Source: an uncultured cyanobacterium
Lineage (GTDB): Bacteria; Cyanobacteriota; Cyanobacteriia; Cyanobacteriales; Nostocaceae
Assembly: GCA_963706595.1 (NCBI GenBank)
Contig: OY970166.1
Coordinates: 2,528,001-2,592,000 of the forward strand
Direction of reading: 5' to 3'
DNA length: 64,000 nucleotides
This document shows positions 21,445 to 32,087 of this stretch, one piece after another (within the stretch, counting starts at the first letter, position 1; each line of letters opens with the position of its first letter). Made by a program: the position numbers and the translations under genes. The notes under the pieces are model-generated. The model ran no database searches and was not told the origin of the DNA. It saw only the letters and a program-made list of their open reading frames with translations.

Positions 21445-22077
21445 CTACTTGATTTTTTGTTTAATAAAAGTCACCACCTGAGCTAGCTGTTTCTTTAAGC
21501 CGTCGATTTCTGCTTGCATTTTGATAACTTTTTCATTTAGCGCATTTATTTCTGCTGAGTTAGCTGAGTGATTATCCGAAGGCACTACTATCGTATTTGC
21601 GATACTAGAAGCGGCTACGGGAATCTTCTTGGTGTCAACAGTGGCTACCGGAATATTTTTAGTAGCCACACCAGCTACTGGAATGATTTCTGGGCGAGGC
21701 TTTTTGGCTTTGGCCATCGCTGACTTAATCGCAGTAATGAGTTGCTTTTGGTCAAAAGGTTTTCCCAGAAATTCAAAGTATTCAAAAGGTTCTGTAAATT
21801 TTTCTGTCACCTCTTCCTTACGACCAGACATGATCACCAAGGGAATCTTCCTTAACTCCGGCTGTGCTTGAACTTGCTGAAAAACTTCCCAACCACTCAT
21901 TTTAGGTAGGAGAAAGTCCAACATGATCAAGCTGAGTTTTTCCTGACGGATGAAATTCAATCCTTCCAAGCCGTCTTTTGCTTCTAAGACCTCGAAATTA
22001 CCCGGAGGCAACATCTGTCGTACTTTTAACCTGACAACGGTAGTGTCATCGATAACTAAGATTTTGTTGCTTGCCAC
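21445..22077 (-). CDS. Response regulator (REC domain, low-complexity linker, C-terminal coiled coil)
   Basis: ILVIDD, LIMLDFLLPKMSG, KPF motifs; no DNA-binding domain evident. Confidence 0.85.
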   Translation of the reverse strand: MASNKILVIDDTTVVRLKVRQMLPPGNFEVLEAKDGLEGLNFIRQEKLSLIMLDFLLPKMSGWEVFQQVQAQPELRKIPLVIMSGRKEEVTEKFTEPFEYFEFLGKPFDQKQLITAIKSAMAKAKKPRPEIIPVAGVATKNIPVATVDTKKIPVAASSIANTIVVPSDNHSANSAEINALNEKVIKMQAEIDGLKKQLAQVVTFIKQKIK

Positions 22078-22345
22078 GACTTATTGCTCTAACAGATTAA
22101 ATGTAAATAGCGATTTTGCTGATTGACATTACTCAGCACTTTTGATTTTGAGAGTGTTCCCACTATATACAAATTTTTTGTTCATTGGGGGATAGTATAT
22201 TTCGCTATAAATGGCAAAAACGGAAGTACTTTAAAAAACTAGTGCTTATATTTGGGGAAATTTGTGTCATGGTGATATTTAGGGGCTTAAACCTTGCTCA
22301 AGTGCAGAGGAAATTTGCCCTACAGTACTTTTAGATATTGCTTGG

Positions 22346-23257
22346 ATGTCTATGACTTCGCTACAGCCAGCCCAATTTAAGTCGGAAATTACGGCAATAC
22401 CTAGCTGGTTACGTCGCCCAATTGGCAAAGCTAGTGAGCTTTCTACTGTACAACGCATTATTAAGCAGCGCCAAATTCACACCATTTGCGAAGAAGGACG
22501 ATGCCCCAATAGAGGGGAGTGCTATGCTCAAAAAACTGCAACTTTCTTGCTATTAGGTTCAGTCTGCACACGCTCTTGTGCTTTTTGTCAAGTAGATAAA
22601 GGTCATGCACCAATGCCTATTGACTCAGAGGAACCGCGAAAAGTAGCAGAAGCAGTGCAGCTTTTGGGATTGCGTTATGTGGTGCTAACTTCCGTCGCTC
22701 GTGATGATTTGCCAGATCAGGGAGCGGGGCAGTTTGTGAAGACAATTGATACTATTCGCCTGTTAAATCCAGAGACTCAAGTTGAAGTGCTGACTCCAGA
22801 TTTTTGGGGTGGTGCGGGTGCTGGGGAATTAGGCCAATGGCAAAGGATAGCCACTATTGTGACAGCCAAGCCAGCTTGTTTTAATCACAATGTGGAGACT
22901 GTGCGGCGGTTAACAGGCCCTGTGCGTCGGGGAGCCAAGTATGATCGCTCGCTGCGAGTGCTGGCGGTAGTTAAAGAAATTGATTCGACTATTCCTACCA
23001 AATCAGGTTTGATGCTGGGACACGGCGAAACGAGGGCGGAAGTAATCGAAACTATGGCGGATTTGAGGGACGTGGGGTGCGATCGCCTGACTATCGGCCA
23101 GTATATGCGTCCTTCCTTAGAACATTTACCCGTTCAAAAATACTGGACTCCAGAAGAATTTGATGAACTGGGGAGCATAGCATGGAAAATGGGATTCAAC
23201 CACGTCCGTTCAGGACCTTTGGTTCGTAGTTCCTACCATGCGGGTGAGGAGGAGTAA
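22346..23257 (+). CDS. lipA: Lipoyl synthase
   Basis: [12 protein letters not shown], radical-[12 protein letters not shown]-terminal [10 protein letters not shown]. Confidence 0.97.
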   Translation: MSMTSLQPAQFKSEITAIPSWLRRPIGKASELSTVQRIIKQRQIHTICEEGRCPNRGECYAQKTATFLLLGSVCTRSCAFCQVDKGHAPMPIDSEEPRKVAEAVQLLGLRYVVLTSVARDDLPDQGAGQFVKTIDTIRLLNPETQVEVLTPDFWGGAGAGELGQWQRIATIVTAKPACFNHNVETVRRLTGPVRRGAKYDRSLRVLAVVKEIDSTIPTKSGLMLGHGETRAEVIETMADLRDVGCDRLTIGQYMRPSLEHLPVQKYWTPEEFDELGSIAWKMGFNHVRSGPLVRSSYHAGEEE

Positions 23258-23385
23258 GAGGCAGGGGGGCAGGGAGCAGGGAGCAGGGGGAGTAAGAGGC
23301 AGGGGGGCAGGGAGCAGGGAGCAGGGGGGAGAAGACGGTAACTTCCCAATGACTAATGACCAATGACTAATGACAAATGACCAAA
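23258..23385. repeat. STRR heptamer array (AGGGAGC/GGGGGGC then AATGACT/AATGACC)
   Basis: Visible tandem heptamers. An inverted relative lies at 55045-55163 and shares AACTTCCCAATGACTAATGAC. Confidence 0.85.
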
Positions 23386-23469
23386 GACACAAATATTTCT
23401 AAAGAATTTGGATTTTTGGTACACCTGTTTGGTATTTCTGAGAAAGTCAACAAAGAAGGAGAACGACTT

Positions 23470-23604
23470 ATGGCTAAAGTTCAAAATTCGCCGGTTCCAT
23501 CCACAGGAGCTAAACCCCCGTACACTTTTCGCGCTGGTTGGGCATTACTGTTATTAGCTGTTAACTTCTTGGTTGCAGCTTATTACTTCCACATCATTGA
23601 GTAG
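23470..23604 (+). CDS. psaX: Photosystem I subunit PsaX
   Basis: MAKVQNSPVPSTGAKPPYTFRAGWALLLLAVNFLVAAYYFHIIE; AAGGAG RBS before ATG 23470. Confidence 0.93.
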   Translation: MAKVQNSPVPSTGAKPPYTFRAGWALLLLAVNFLVAAYYFHIIE

Positions 23605-23625
23605 TTAGAAGTGGAGTGGTGCTGC

Positions 23626-24492
23626 TCAAATCGTGCCTTTGAATAAACCTTTGGGGCGAATGAGCAGCACCAAAATCATAATTAACAGCGCTATACCTTG
23701 TTTATACTGTGAACCTATCCACAGGGTGCTGAGTTCTTGGGTAACACCAATAATTAAAGCGGCGGCGATCGCACCGTAGGGATTACCAATACCTCCTAAA
23801 ATTACGGAAGCGAATAAGGGCAAAATCAAAAACCACCCCATATTCGGGCGTACGGCTGTAATCAATCCATACATACTGCCACCCAAAGAGGTGAATGTAC
23901 CGGCAATAATCCAAGTCCAAAGGATGACTTGCTCGACATTGATCCCAGAAACTCTCGCTAAATCTAGATCGTCAGCCACGGCTCGCATCGCTTTACCAAT
24001 TTTGGTGTTTTGCAGGAGATAGTGCAGTGCCAAAATTGCAATCACTGCTAACCCCAATACCAATAATTGATTTTGCGCTACTCGGATGCCAAAAATATTC
24101 AACGCCGTGGTCACGGGTAAATCGTAATTTTGGTTCTGGCCGCCCCAAAGGAAGATAATGCCATTGCGGAGGAATAAGGCCAGTCCAATAGAGATAATAA
24201 TCAGTGTCGTGGAAGTGGCACGAATTGAGCGCATTCTGGACCACAACAATTTTTCTGCCAGTAGCATTGCGGCTACTGTTCCCATTGCTGCCAAAATCAT
24301 CGATAGCCAAATATTGATGCCACCGGCATTTACTAACAGGGTCAAATAGGCTCCCATAGTTAAAAAATCACCGTGAGCAAAATTAGATAACCGTAAAATG
24401 CCGTAAGTAAGGGTAAGTCCGACTGCTGCTAGTGCAATAATGCTTCCTACTGCAATGCCATTGACGATTAGTTGAGCAATTTGTGTATCCAT
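23626..24492 (-). CDS. natD: Neutral/branched-chain amino acid ABC transporter permease (LivH family)
   Basis: ALAAVGLTLTYGILRLSNFAHGD, GKAMRAVADD, LGGIGNPYGA, RPKGLF. Confidence 0.85.
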   Translation of the reverse strand: MDTQIAQLIVNGIAVGSIIALAAVGLTLTYGILRLSNFAHGDFLTMGAYLTLLVNAGGINIWLSMILAAMGTVAAMLLAEKLLWSRMRSIRATSTTLIIISIGLALFLRNGIIFLWGGQNQNYDLPVTTALNIFGIRVAQNQLLVLGLAVIAILALHYLLQNTKIGKAMRAVADDLDLARVSGINVEQVILWTWIIAGTFTSLGGSMYGLITAVRPNMGWFLILPLFASVILGGIGNPYGAIAAALIIGVTQELSTLWIGSQYKQGIALLIMILVLLIRPKGLFKGTI

Positions 24493-24691
24493 CAGTTTTT
24501 TCTAAAAAGTTACTATCTAAAGCTCCTCAGAATTTGAGGAGGTTTAAGTTTATACAATATTTTCTTGTTACTAGTGACAATGTACAGGACAAGTTATAGT
24601 TTATATACAAGAGGCAATTGTGAGTTAATATACATAAAATCTTGTTAACCTTTTTGTGCCAAGCCAAACTTGTTTAACGGTCTACTTGACC

Positions 24692-26522
24692 ATGCAGCAA
24701 TATTCAAGCTTACCAGAACAAAACTCAACAGTAGATGGAACGCCAAAACTTTTGACAACAATGCAGCAACTTCGTGCCGAGTTGTGGCTGGAACGCAGCT
24801 TGAACCAGTTGCAAAGTCGCCTTAACGATTGCCTACTTTCTGTTTGTAGTCATGTCTCCCAGTCTAAAAACACAGAAGCGGAAATTTTCCAAACTGTGGT
24901 GAACGAGATCGCCATTGCTTTGAATAGTATTACGGTAGCGATCGCTTTATTTCAGCCGCGAGAAAAAATCGCTCAGGTTTGTTATGTTTCTTGTTCTGAC
25001 TCGCCATGTCCACAACTGATATTTCTAGATCAGAAAGATAAAAAACTGCAATTGAAATTGCAAGAAGTCATAGCAGTCCAAGATTTACAGCAGCTGGAGA
25101 CACAACAACCAAATCATGTCTGGCGTTTAACTGATGATGCTAGGGCTGTTATTGGTTGGTTAATGATCTCGAAAACGCCCCTCAAGTCTGAGGATAAATC
25201 ACTCATAGCATCCCAATCTCAACTGAGATCACAATTCCTGACCCGATCGATTAAGCAGTGTGTGGGGACACTGATACAACTCAAAAAAATCCAATCTTTA
25301 CAGCAACGCTCCCAACAGCTAGGTAGTTCTAACGAAAAACTAGAGCGCACCAATGAACTTAAAAACCAGTTTCTGGCTAACACCAGTCATGAAATCCGCA
25401 CACCGTTAAGTTCAATCATCGGTTTCAGCCAACTACTCTTAGCCCAAGGCTACGATCCAACTAGGCAACACCACCAAGAGTATTTAAAGATCATTCAGTC
25501 AAGTGGTAAGCACTTACTAACGCTCATCAACGATATTTTAGACCTCTCTAAAATTGAAGCCAACCAGCTGGAAGTGGAATGGGAAAAGGTCAATGTACCA
25601 GAAATATGTCGTAATGTTTTAGCACTTGTAAAAGAGAAAGCCGCTAATAAGGGTTTGAAACTGCGTCTCAAACTAGATCCCAATGTCACAACTTTAGTTG
25701 CTGATCCTCTGCGCCTGAAGCAAATGCTGTTGAATTTGCTGTTTAATGCCCTGAAGTTTACCAGTACAGGAACTGTGGGTTTAGAAGTTTTGCGCAAAGG
25801 TGAGTTTATACATTTTATAGTTTGGGATACTGGGATTGGCATTTCCCCAGAAAACCAAGCGCAACTATTTCAACCCTATTTTCAAATTGCCAATACTGTA
25901 GTTAGTCGCAGTGAAGGTACTGGTTTGGGGTTAACGGTGACTCGGAAGTTGGTGGAAATTCATGGTGGTTGGCTGGAAGTGGAATCGGAAGTCGATCACG
26001 GCTCGCGTTTTACAATCATTCTCCCGATGCAGCCTGTGGAAGAACTGGGGAAAGATGAAGTAGATGTAGAGGCGATAGAGGTTTCTCCCAGGGTGGGAGA
26101 TCAAGAGAATGGAACAATCACCACCGCCACTGATTAATTCTAGTTCTGGTCTAGAGATTTTGTTGGTGGAAAATGATTTCCCCAACGCTGAGTTAATCAG
26201 GATTTATCTGAGTACATTGGGATATCAGGTGACTTGGGTCAAGAATGCTGCCCAAATGTGGTCGGCGCTGGCACAGTTAAAGCCAATGGTGATTTTAATG
26301 GATGTTTCTCTGCCAGATGGAAATGGTTTAAAGCTGGCGCAGCAGCTGCGAGCAGAAGAGCAGTATCAGATGATTCCGGTAATTGTTCAAACAGCAATGG
26401 CGATGAAAGGCGATCGCGAAACTTGTTTAGCGGCTGGAGTCAATGATTATATTTCTAAACCGATTGATTTACCTCTGTTAGGCGATGTTAGTATCAAAGA
26501 TATATTAAATTACCAAAATTAG
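24692..26522 (+). CDS. hrmK: Hybrid histidine kinase/receiver, HrmK-like; kinase and REC parts are in different frames
   Basis: Likely ATG 24692 (MQQYSSLPEQ...LRAELWLERSLNQLQ); FLANTSHEIRTPL, GTGLGL. The REC ORF 26109-26522 overlaps in the +1 frame. Gene name from recalled N-terminus. Confidence 0.65.
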
Positions 26523-26603
26523 GAGTATTATGGCAAAATAATTCGGTTCAAGTCTAAGATAGGATTAATTGGGTGCTATGGGTTTGACCCAGATTAGGAA
26601 ATC

Positions 26604-27431
26604 ATGTTGACAAAAAAACTTGAGCAATTAAAAGTTTTATTTAGAGAAATGGAGCAGGCATTAATTGCCTACTCTGGAGGGATTGATAGCACTTTGGTTG
26701 CCAAGATTGCTTATGATGTGTTAGGCGATCGCGCTTTGGCTGTTACAGCTGTTTCGCCTTCGCTATTGCCAGAAGAATTAGAAGATGCGAAAATTCAAGC
26801 CGCAACAATGGGAATTCCCCATAAAATAGTCCAAACTCACGAAATGGACAATCCTAATTACACTTCTAACCCGGTCAATCGTTGTTATTTTTGCAAAAGT
26901 GAGTTGCATGATACTCTCAAACCCTTAGCTTTACAGCTAGGTTATCCCTATGTAGTGGATGGCGTGAATGCTGATGATTTACACGATTATCGCCCAGGAA
27001 TTCAAGCTGCTCAAGAAAGAGGGGCGCGATCGCCTTTAGCAGAAGTTGGGGTGACTAAAGCTGAAGTCCGTCAACTTTCACAACAACTCGGTTTACCTTG
27101 GTGGGATAAACCCGCTCAACCTTGTCTAAGTTCTCGCTTTCCTTACGGTGAAGAGATTACTGTCGCCAAGTTGCAAAGAGTGGGTAGGGCAGAAATTTAT
27201 CTGCGAAAGCTGGGTTGGCAGAATTTGCGTGTGCGTTCGGAAGGAGATACAGCCCGGATTGAATTGTTACCAGCACAGATTAAAGATTTTGTCTTAACTA
27301 CAGATTTACAGGCAGTAGTCTCTGCATTTCAGGATTTGGGATTTATCTACGTCACACTGGATTTAGAAGGTTATCGTAGTGGTAAGTTGAATCAAGTTCT
27401 CAAGTTTCCATCAATGATTCCAAGTGCATAA
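26604..27431 (+). CDS. larE: ATP-dependent sacrificial sulfur transferase LarE family
   Basis: PP-loop AYSGGIDS, RCYFCK, DYRPG, PCLSSRFPYG. Confidence 0.9.
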   Translation: MLTKKLEQLKVLFREMEQALIAYSGGIDSTLVAKIAYDVLGDRALAVTAVSPSLLPEELEDAKIQAATMGIPHKIVQTHEMDNPNYTSNPVNRCYFCKSELHDTLKPLALQLGYPYVVDGVNADDLHDYRPGIQAAQERGARSPLAEVGVTKAEVRQLSQQLGLPWWDKPAQPCLSSRFPYGEEITVAKLQRVGRAEIYLRKLGWQNLRVRSEGDTARIELLPAQIKDFVLTTDLQAVVSAFQDLGFIYVTLDLEGYRSGKLNQVLKFPSMIPSA

Positions 27432-27438
27432 AGGTCAT

Positions 27439-28401
27439 TTAACTACCGGATTGAGTAAATTCTAGTTGTTGTAGTGCCAAACGCCAAATATCATAGCCAT
27501 CTTGAGACAAATGTAAACCATCTGTAGTTAACTCTGGGCGCAGATTGCCTTGAAAATCTGTAAACCAATGATAAATATTGAGATAATCAACTTTTTCTTC
27601 TTGAGCAATCGCAGCCAGCTGTGTATTAATCTGAATAATCCGGCTATTAGGAATTGCCGGTAGGCGAGTAGGCAAAATTGATTGGACGATAATTTGACTT
27701 GTGGGGTGAGACCGCCGCAAGCTACGGATAATCCGCCGATGATTACGCAAAATTTCTTGGTTACTATCCCCTTGGCGTAAGTCGTTAATCCCAGCCATGA
27801 TGTAAATTACATTCGGTCGTGTGGTCGAAAATGCCCGCAATCTTCTGACCACACCACCGGAAGTATCCCCAGATATGCCCTGATTGAGCCACAATTTACC
27901 AGTAGGCAGTTTTTCTTTAGGAAACCACATACTCAAGGAATCACCAACCAAGATACCTAAATAACTTGCACCTTGTCCTTGACTGATGGCTTTGGCTTCT
28001 AAAGCTAATAAATTTTTCCAGTCTTCATAAGTGAGTTGACGTTTCCGGCTGGAATCCCCGAATACTTGCGAAGAATTACTATCTAACCGTGTATAAATTT
28101 TACCTGTTTTCAGGGCTGCCAATCTTTGGTCGTAAAGTTGATTACCAGATGTTAATGGCAAGTGATTTGTTTGGGAACTGGGATTAAATAAAGACTCTGG
28201 TAATTGTTGATTGCTGAACTCTGGTAAGGATATATCAGGATTAGCGATGTTTTTTTTATTCGCTGTTATTTGGGAATTCTGTGGAGAATTCAACAATAAT
28301 TGCGAAGTTTCTGGCATAACTCTCGACATCTGTGGAAGAGCAGATGCTGGTATTACTAATCCTGTTAACAAGCCTGCTGCTAACAGATAAGGTTCCCTCA
28401 T
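27439..28401 (-). CDS. SGNH/GDSL hydrolase with N-terminal signal sequence
   Basis: GDSL, NQGISGDT, MAGINDL, DGLH blocks; alternative start at 28419. Confidence 0.88.
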   Translation of the reverse strand: MREPYLLAAGLLTGLVIPASALPQMSRVMPETSQLLLNSPQNSQITANKKNIANPDISLPEFSNQQLPESLFNPSSQTNHLPLTSGNQLYDQRLAALKTGKIYTRLDSNSSQVFGDSSRKRQLTYEDWKNLLALEAKAISQGQGASYLGILVGDSLSMWFPKEKLPTGKLWLNQGISGDTSGGVVRRLRAFSTTRPNVIYIMAGINDLRQGDSNQEILRNHRRIIRSLRRSHPTSQIIVQSILPTRLPAIPNSRIIQINTQLAAIAQEEKVDYLNIYHWFTDFQGNLRPELTTDGLHLSQDGYDIWRLALQQLEFTQSGS

Positions 28402-28688
28402 CGCTTTGTCTTTCCTCATATTTACTGCTTTTTCCTATGACGGTATTAATCACCTGGATTCAGGAAAATTTTACTTAGATTTAGTTATTATTGTTATTTA
28501 CACCGGATTGTATAGTTCTGTAAAGCAGCTTCACAAGATTATATTTAAGAATTCACCATTTCTTCAAGATATAATTTCTTATTCCTCAGCCAGTCTTATT
28601 TAACAAGAATTTTTTCGGGAATATATAGTTAAAGATTCAGAGAAGTGCTAAGATTTAGGCGAAGTAATTAATGTTTCTTTGTTATTCT

Positions 28689-28883
28689 GTGGCTAGAGCT
28701 AGTACCGCAATTGGTGTCAGTCCAATTATTAAGGAGAGTGTGCAAAAACAGGCACATTCGACACGTTTGACCCTAAAAGAGGTTATTCTTATGGGAATGT
28801 TAGCTATTGACAAGCTAGATGATCAAAGCCGTCAAGAGTTAGCCAATCAAGTTCATCAAATGCAGGTGAATGGCGAGATTTGA
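28689..28883 (+). CDS. Small hypothetical protein, possibly ribbon-helix-helix-like
   Basis: GTG start gives MARASTAIGVSPIIKESVQKQAHSTRLTLKEVILMGMLAIDKL...; protein-like composition; alternative ATG at 28671. Confidence 0.55.
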   Translation: MARASTAIGVSPIIKESVQKQAHSTRLTLKEVILMGMLAIDKLDDQSRQELANQVHQMQVNGEI

Positions 28884-28935
28884 GCGATTAGTTATCAACT
28901 TTAACTTTTCCATCTCACTCTTAAATTCGCACTGA

Positions 28936-29841
28936 CTATTGATCAAATCGATAACGACTTCCCATCAGATAATCTTCATTAATTTCAAAGGAAATCCATC
29001 GACGTTGCCAAGTTTCGGCGACAAATCCGGTTGTATTGGAACCTGCAAATGGGTCTAACACTATATCACCTTCATCAGTTAAAAATTTGATGAAAAATTC
29101 CGCGAACCCTCTGGGAAACCGGGCTGGGTGAGGTTTAATCCCCTCGGCTTTACAGCGCCGTAAATAAGCGCTATTAGATTCAGTATTGGCAATTTCTAGC
29201 AAATTTGGCGGAATTGCCCCCTGATTATCTTTTTGGAATTTGTCAGAAATATCATGTCCACTGGGACGGATTTTAGCTTTATAGCCATTTTTCAGCAGTT
29301 GTTTCATACTCTGGCTATATGGCTTTAAGACTTTCCTGTTGTCGGCTTTAGGATTTGGTGTTTTCGACAACCACCAAACTACATTGACTGAATCTTTCAC
29401 CCGAATGCGTCTAATTGTCACCCACTCAGCCGGGGTAGGTAATCGAGCCGGATTGTAGTGATAAAATTCTTGAGCTAGAAAAAAGCCGACTTCTTTACAC
29501 AATCTCACTAAAAGTTCGTATTGGTAGATACTCCGCACAGGATTACCAGGAAGATAAGCACCGCCTAAATCCAGAATAAATGAGCCATTCTCGGTGAGAA
29601 CTCTTTTAAACTCGGTGGCGAAAGGTAGAAACCATTCAATATATTTTTCCGCGCTTTGATTACCATATTCTTTTTGACGCGTGAGAGCAAATGGTGGTGA
29701 AGTAAGGATGAGATTAATACTATTTTGCTCAATGGATTTAATCAGTTTGAGGCTATCACCCAAATATGCTTTTCCTAAATTTTGGGTGTAATAGGGATGG
29801 AAAATTATATCTTCTGATGATTTTATTGTTTCTTGTTGCAA
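28936..29841 (-). CDS. Beta-class N4-cytosine DNA methyltransferase, M.PvuII-like
   Basis: Motif IV TSPPF near the N-terminus, motif I LDPFAGSNTTG near the C-terminus, HPARFP, RPSGHDI, IPPNLL. Confidence 0.9.
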   Translation of the reverse strand: MQQETIKSSEDIIFHPYYTQNLGKAYLGDSLKLIKSIEQNSINLILTSPPFALTRQKEYGNQSAEKYIEWFLPFATEFKRVLTENGSFILDLGGAYLPGNPVRSIYQYELLVRLCKEVGFFLAQEFYHYNPARLPTPAEWVTIRRIRVKDSVNVVWWLSKTPNPKADNRKVLKPYSQSMKQLLKNGYKAKIRPSGHDISDKFQKDNQGAIPPNLLEIANTESNSAYLRRCKAEGIKPHPARFPRGFAEFFIKFLTDEGDIVLDPFAGSNTTGFVAETWQRRWISFEINEDYLMGSRYRFDQ

Positions 29842-29956
29842 GAGTTTTAATTGGTTGAAAATTGTTTCAAGTGTATACAGTGGTTGGCATTTTTAGTAGG
29901 TCACAAATTAGGAAATAAAGGATGAGTAAAATCCCATCCTACGCATCAATGAAAGT

Positions 29957-30397
29957 TTACCACTTTTTGTAGGGGAGAAACTTACCAGACATAATAACTT
30001 TAACGCGATCGCCTTTGGGGTCTGATTCTTTCTCTACATCTAAAGTAAAGTCAATGGCGCTCATAATACCGTCGCCGAATTTATCATGAATCACGGCTTT
30101 AATGGGCATTCCGTACACCTGCATAATCTCATAGAAACGATAAATCAGTGGATCAGTGGGTACAACAGGACCTAATCCTTTGAGCGGACATTCAGTTAAC
30201 TGTTGAATATAGATCGGACTTAATCCCAATGTTTGCACCAGTAACTGAGCTTCTTCTGGGGAAGCGCTGGCTTGTCGGTAGAACACAGCCGCAATCCATA
30301 CTTCGTCACGTCCGAGAATTTTTTCTAAATCGGCAAAACTCAATTGTTTCTCTTGTTTTGCTGCTAAAAGCTGTTGAGTAATTTCGGGAATAGACAT
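29957..30397 (-). CDS. cynS: Cyanase
   Basis: [28 protein letters not shown]. Confidence 0.97.
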   Translation of the reverse strand: MSIPEITQQLLAAKQEKQLSFADLEKILGRDEVWIAAVFYRQASASPEEAQLLVQTLGLSPIYIQQLTECPLKGLGPVVPTDPLIYRFYEIMQVYGMPIKAVIHDKFGDGIMSAIDFTLDVEKESDPKGDRVKVIMSGKFLPYKKW

Positions 30398-30781
30398 CGA
30401 AAAACCGCTCCAAGTCTGTCAGGCTAATTTTAGGCGATCGCTCGTTGCCAGGGAGCAATTAGTTTTAAATTATACTATTACTTCTATAATACTTTTTCTA
30501 TTTTAATCATGGGGTTTCTCAAATTTGGGGAAAGCGATCGCCGGACATAGCTGTGCTGACTTCAGATGGTGTGCATTACACTCAGCGTCACCTAGTAATC
30601 GCATCCTACTTAAGGCTGATTTATGGAGATATTTTAAACAACAATAGTTCACTAATTATTTCTGTAAACTATTTGCCAAAATGCCGGAATTTGATGAATT
30701 TTAAATAGTATCCTGTTCTGTATTCGTACAACAAGAAGTTAGAGTATAGGTCTAACAATTACACATATCACGCAACTGTCC

Positions 30782-31330
30782 ATGTTCCGACAACCTGCTT
30801 TTGGCATCGCTTTAAGTACGCTTGTCCTTGCGAGTGGATTAATGAATTCTCCCATAACAGGTAAAACCTCTACAGAACAAACCACTCGTAATCAACCGTT
30901 ATTAATTCCTTCAAGTCAGGCTGCAACATTAACTACTAACTTTGACACTAATGCCCTAGAAAAATCAGTTTTTGACGACATTAATCGATATCGAGTTACT
31001 CATAATCTGCCAAAGTTGACCCTAAATGCAAATATCACTCAACAGGCAAGGATACATAGCCAAAATATGGCTAATAATAAAGTCCCTTTTAGCCACGAAG
31101 GGTTTGAACAGCGAATCACAGCTATTCCCCTGCGCTACAACGATGCGTCAGAGAATGTCGCAGTCAATCGGGGATATAGCAATCCTGCTAGTCAAGCTGT
31201 TACAGGTTGGTTGGAAAGTCCCGGACATTTGAAGAATATTCAAGGCAATTTCAACCTGACAGGGATTGGTGTGGCGACAAATCCAAAAGGCGAAGTTTAC
31301 CTTACCCAAATTTTCATTCGCACTAGATAG
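30782..31330 (+). CDS. Secreted CAP (SCP/PR-1) domain protein
   Basis: Signal peptide; INRYR, HSQNM, ENVA, WLESPGHLKNI. Confidence 0.9.
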   Translation: MFRQPAFGIALSTLVLASGLMNSPITGKTSTEQTTRNQPLLIPSSQAATLTTNFDTNALEKSVFDDINRYRVTHNLPKLTLNANITQQARIHSQNMANNKVPFSHEGFEQRITAIPLRYNDASENVAVNRGYSNPASQAVTGWLESPGHLKNIQGNFNLTGIGVATNPKGEVYLTQIFIRTR

Positions 31331-31417
31331 ATTTATTTACTGGGTTTTTGCACAATAATAATGTAGTGTCTGATAGTATTTTTATCTCCAAGACACTGCA
31401 TTTATTATTGAGGATTC

Positions 31418-32047
31418 ATGACATTACAAGATTTTCAAGTAGGCGATCGCGATTTAAGTGACGCGGTTCTGGCTGAGTATTTAGAATCCGACGCGATCGC
31501 TATCGACACCGAAACCATGGGATTATTACCGCAGCGCGATCGCTTGTGTCTGATTCAGCTATGCAATGGGGAGGGTAAAGTCACCGCCATTCGCATCGCC
31601 AAAGGACAAACCGCAGCCCCAAATTTAAAAACACTCTTTGAAGCAGAGAATATCCTGAAAGTGTTTCACTTCGCTCGTTTCGATGTTGCGACTTTGCGCC
31701 ATAACCTGGGGATTCAAGTACAGCCGGTTTTTTGTACCAAAATTGCCAGTAAACTGGCTCGGACATACACCAATCGTCACGGACTCAAAGAAGTAGTACT
31801 AGAGTTAGAACACATAGAATTAGATAAAAGCGCTCAAAGTTCCGATTGGGGGAACGCTGATAATTTATCTGATATTCAACTCAATTATGCTGCCAATGAT
31901 GTCCGTTACTTACTCGGCGTACAGCAGAAACTCATGGAAATGCTCAAACGAGAAGAACGTTGGGAAATTGCTCAGGAATGCTTTCAAGTTTTGCCAACTT
32001 TAGTTACCTTAGATTTGATGCAATTTAAGGATATATTTGAACATTAA
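31418..32047 (+). CDS. rnd: Ribonuclease D / DEDDy 3'-5' exonuclease
   Basis: AIDTET, KVFHFARFD, SSDW, YAANDV. Confidence 0.88.
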   Translation: MTLQDFQVGDRDLSDAVLAEYLESDAIAIDTETMGLLPQRDRLCLIQLCNGEGKVTAIRIAKGQTAAPNLKTLFEAENILKVFHFARFDVATLRHNLGIQVQPVFCTKIASKLARTYTNRHGLKEVVLELEHIELDKSAQSSDWGNADNLSDIQLNYAANDVRYLLGVQQKLMEMLKREERWEIAQECFQVLPTLVTLDLMQFKDIFEH

Positions 32048-32052
32048 GTAAA

Positions 32053-32082
32053 CAGTCAATAGTTGCTAGTAACTATTGACTG
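32053..32082. terminator. Hairpin between convergent genes
   Basis: CAGTCAATAGTT-gctagt-AACTATTGACTG. Confidence 0.65.
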
Positions 32083-32087
32083 AAAAA

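Noticed and set aside
23258..23385. Tandem repeats as a CRISPR array (also 55045-55163 and 56224-56260)
   Set aside because: Units are 7-nt tandem repeats with no unique spacers, and no cas genes are present.
30462..30475. NtcA box upstream of cynS (GTA-N8-AAC on the minus strand)
   Set aside because: Imperfect match, and the nearest -10-like hexamer is not at the canonical spacing.
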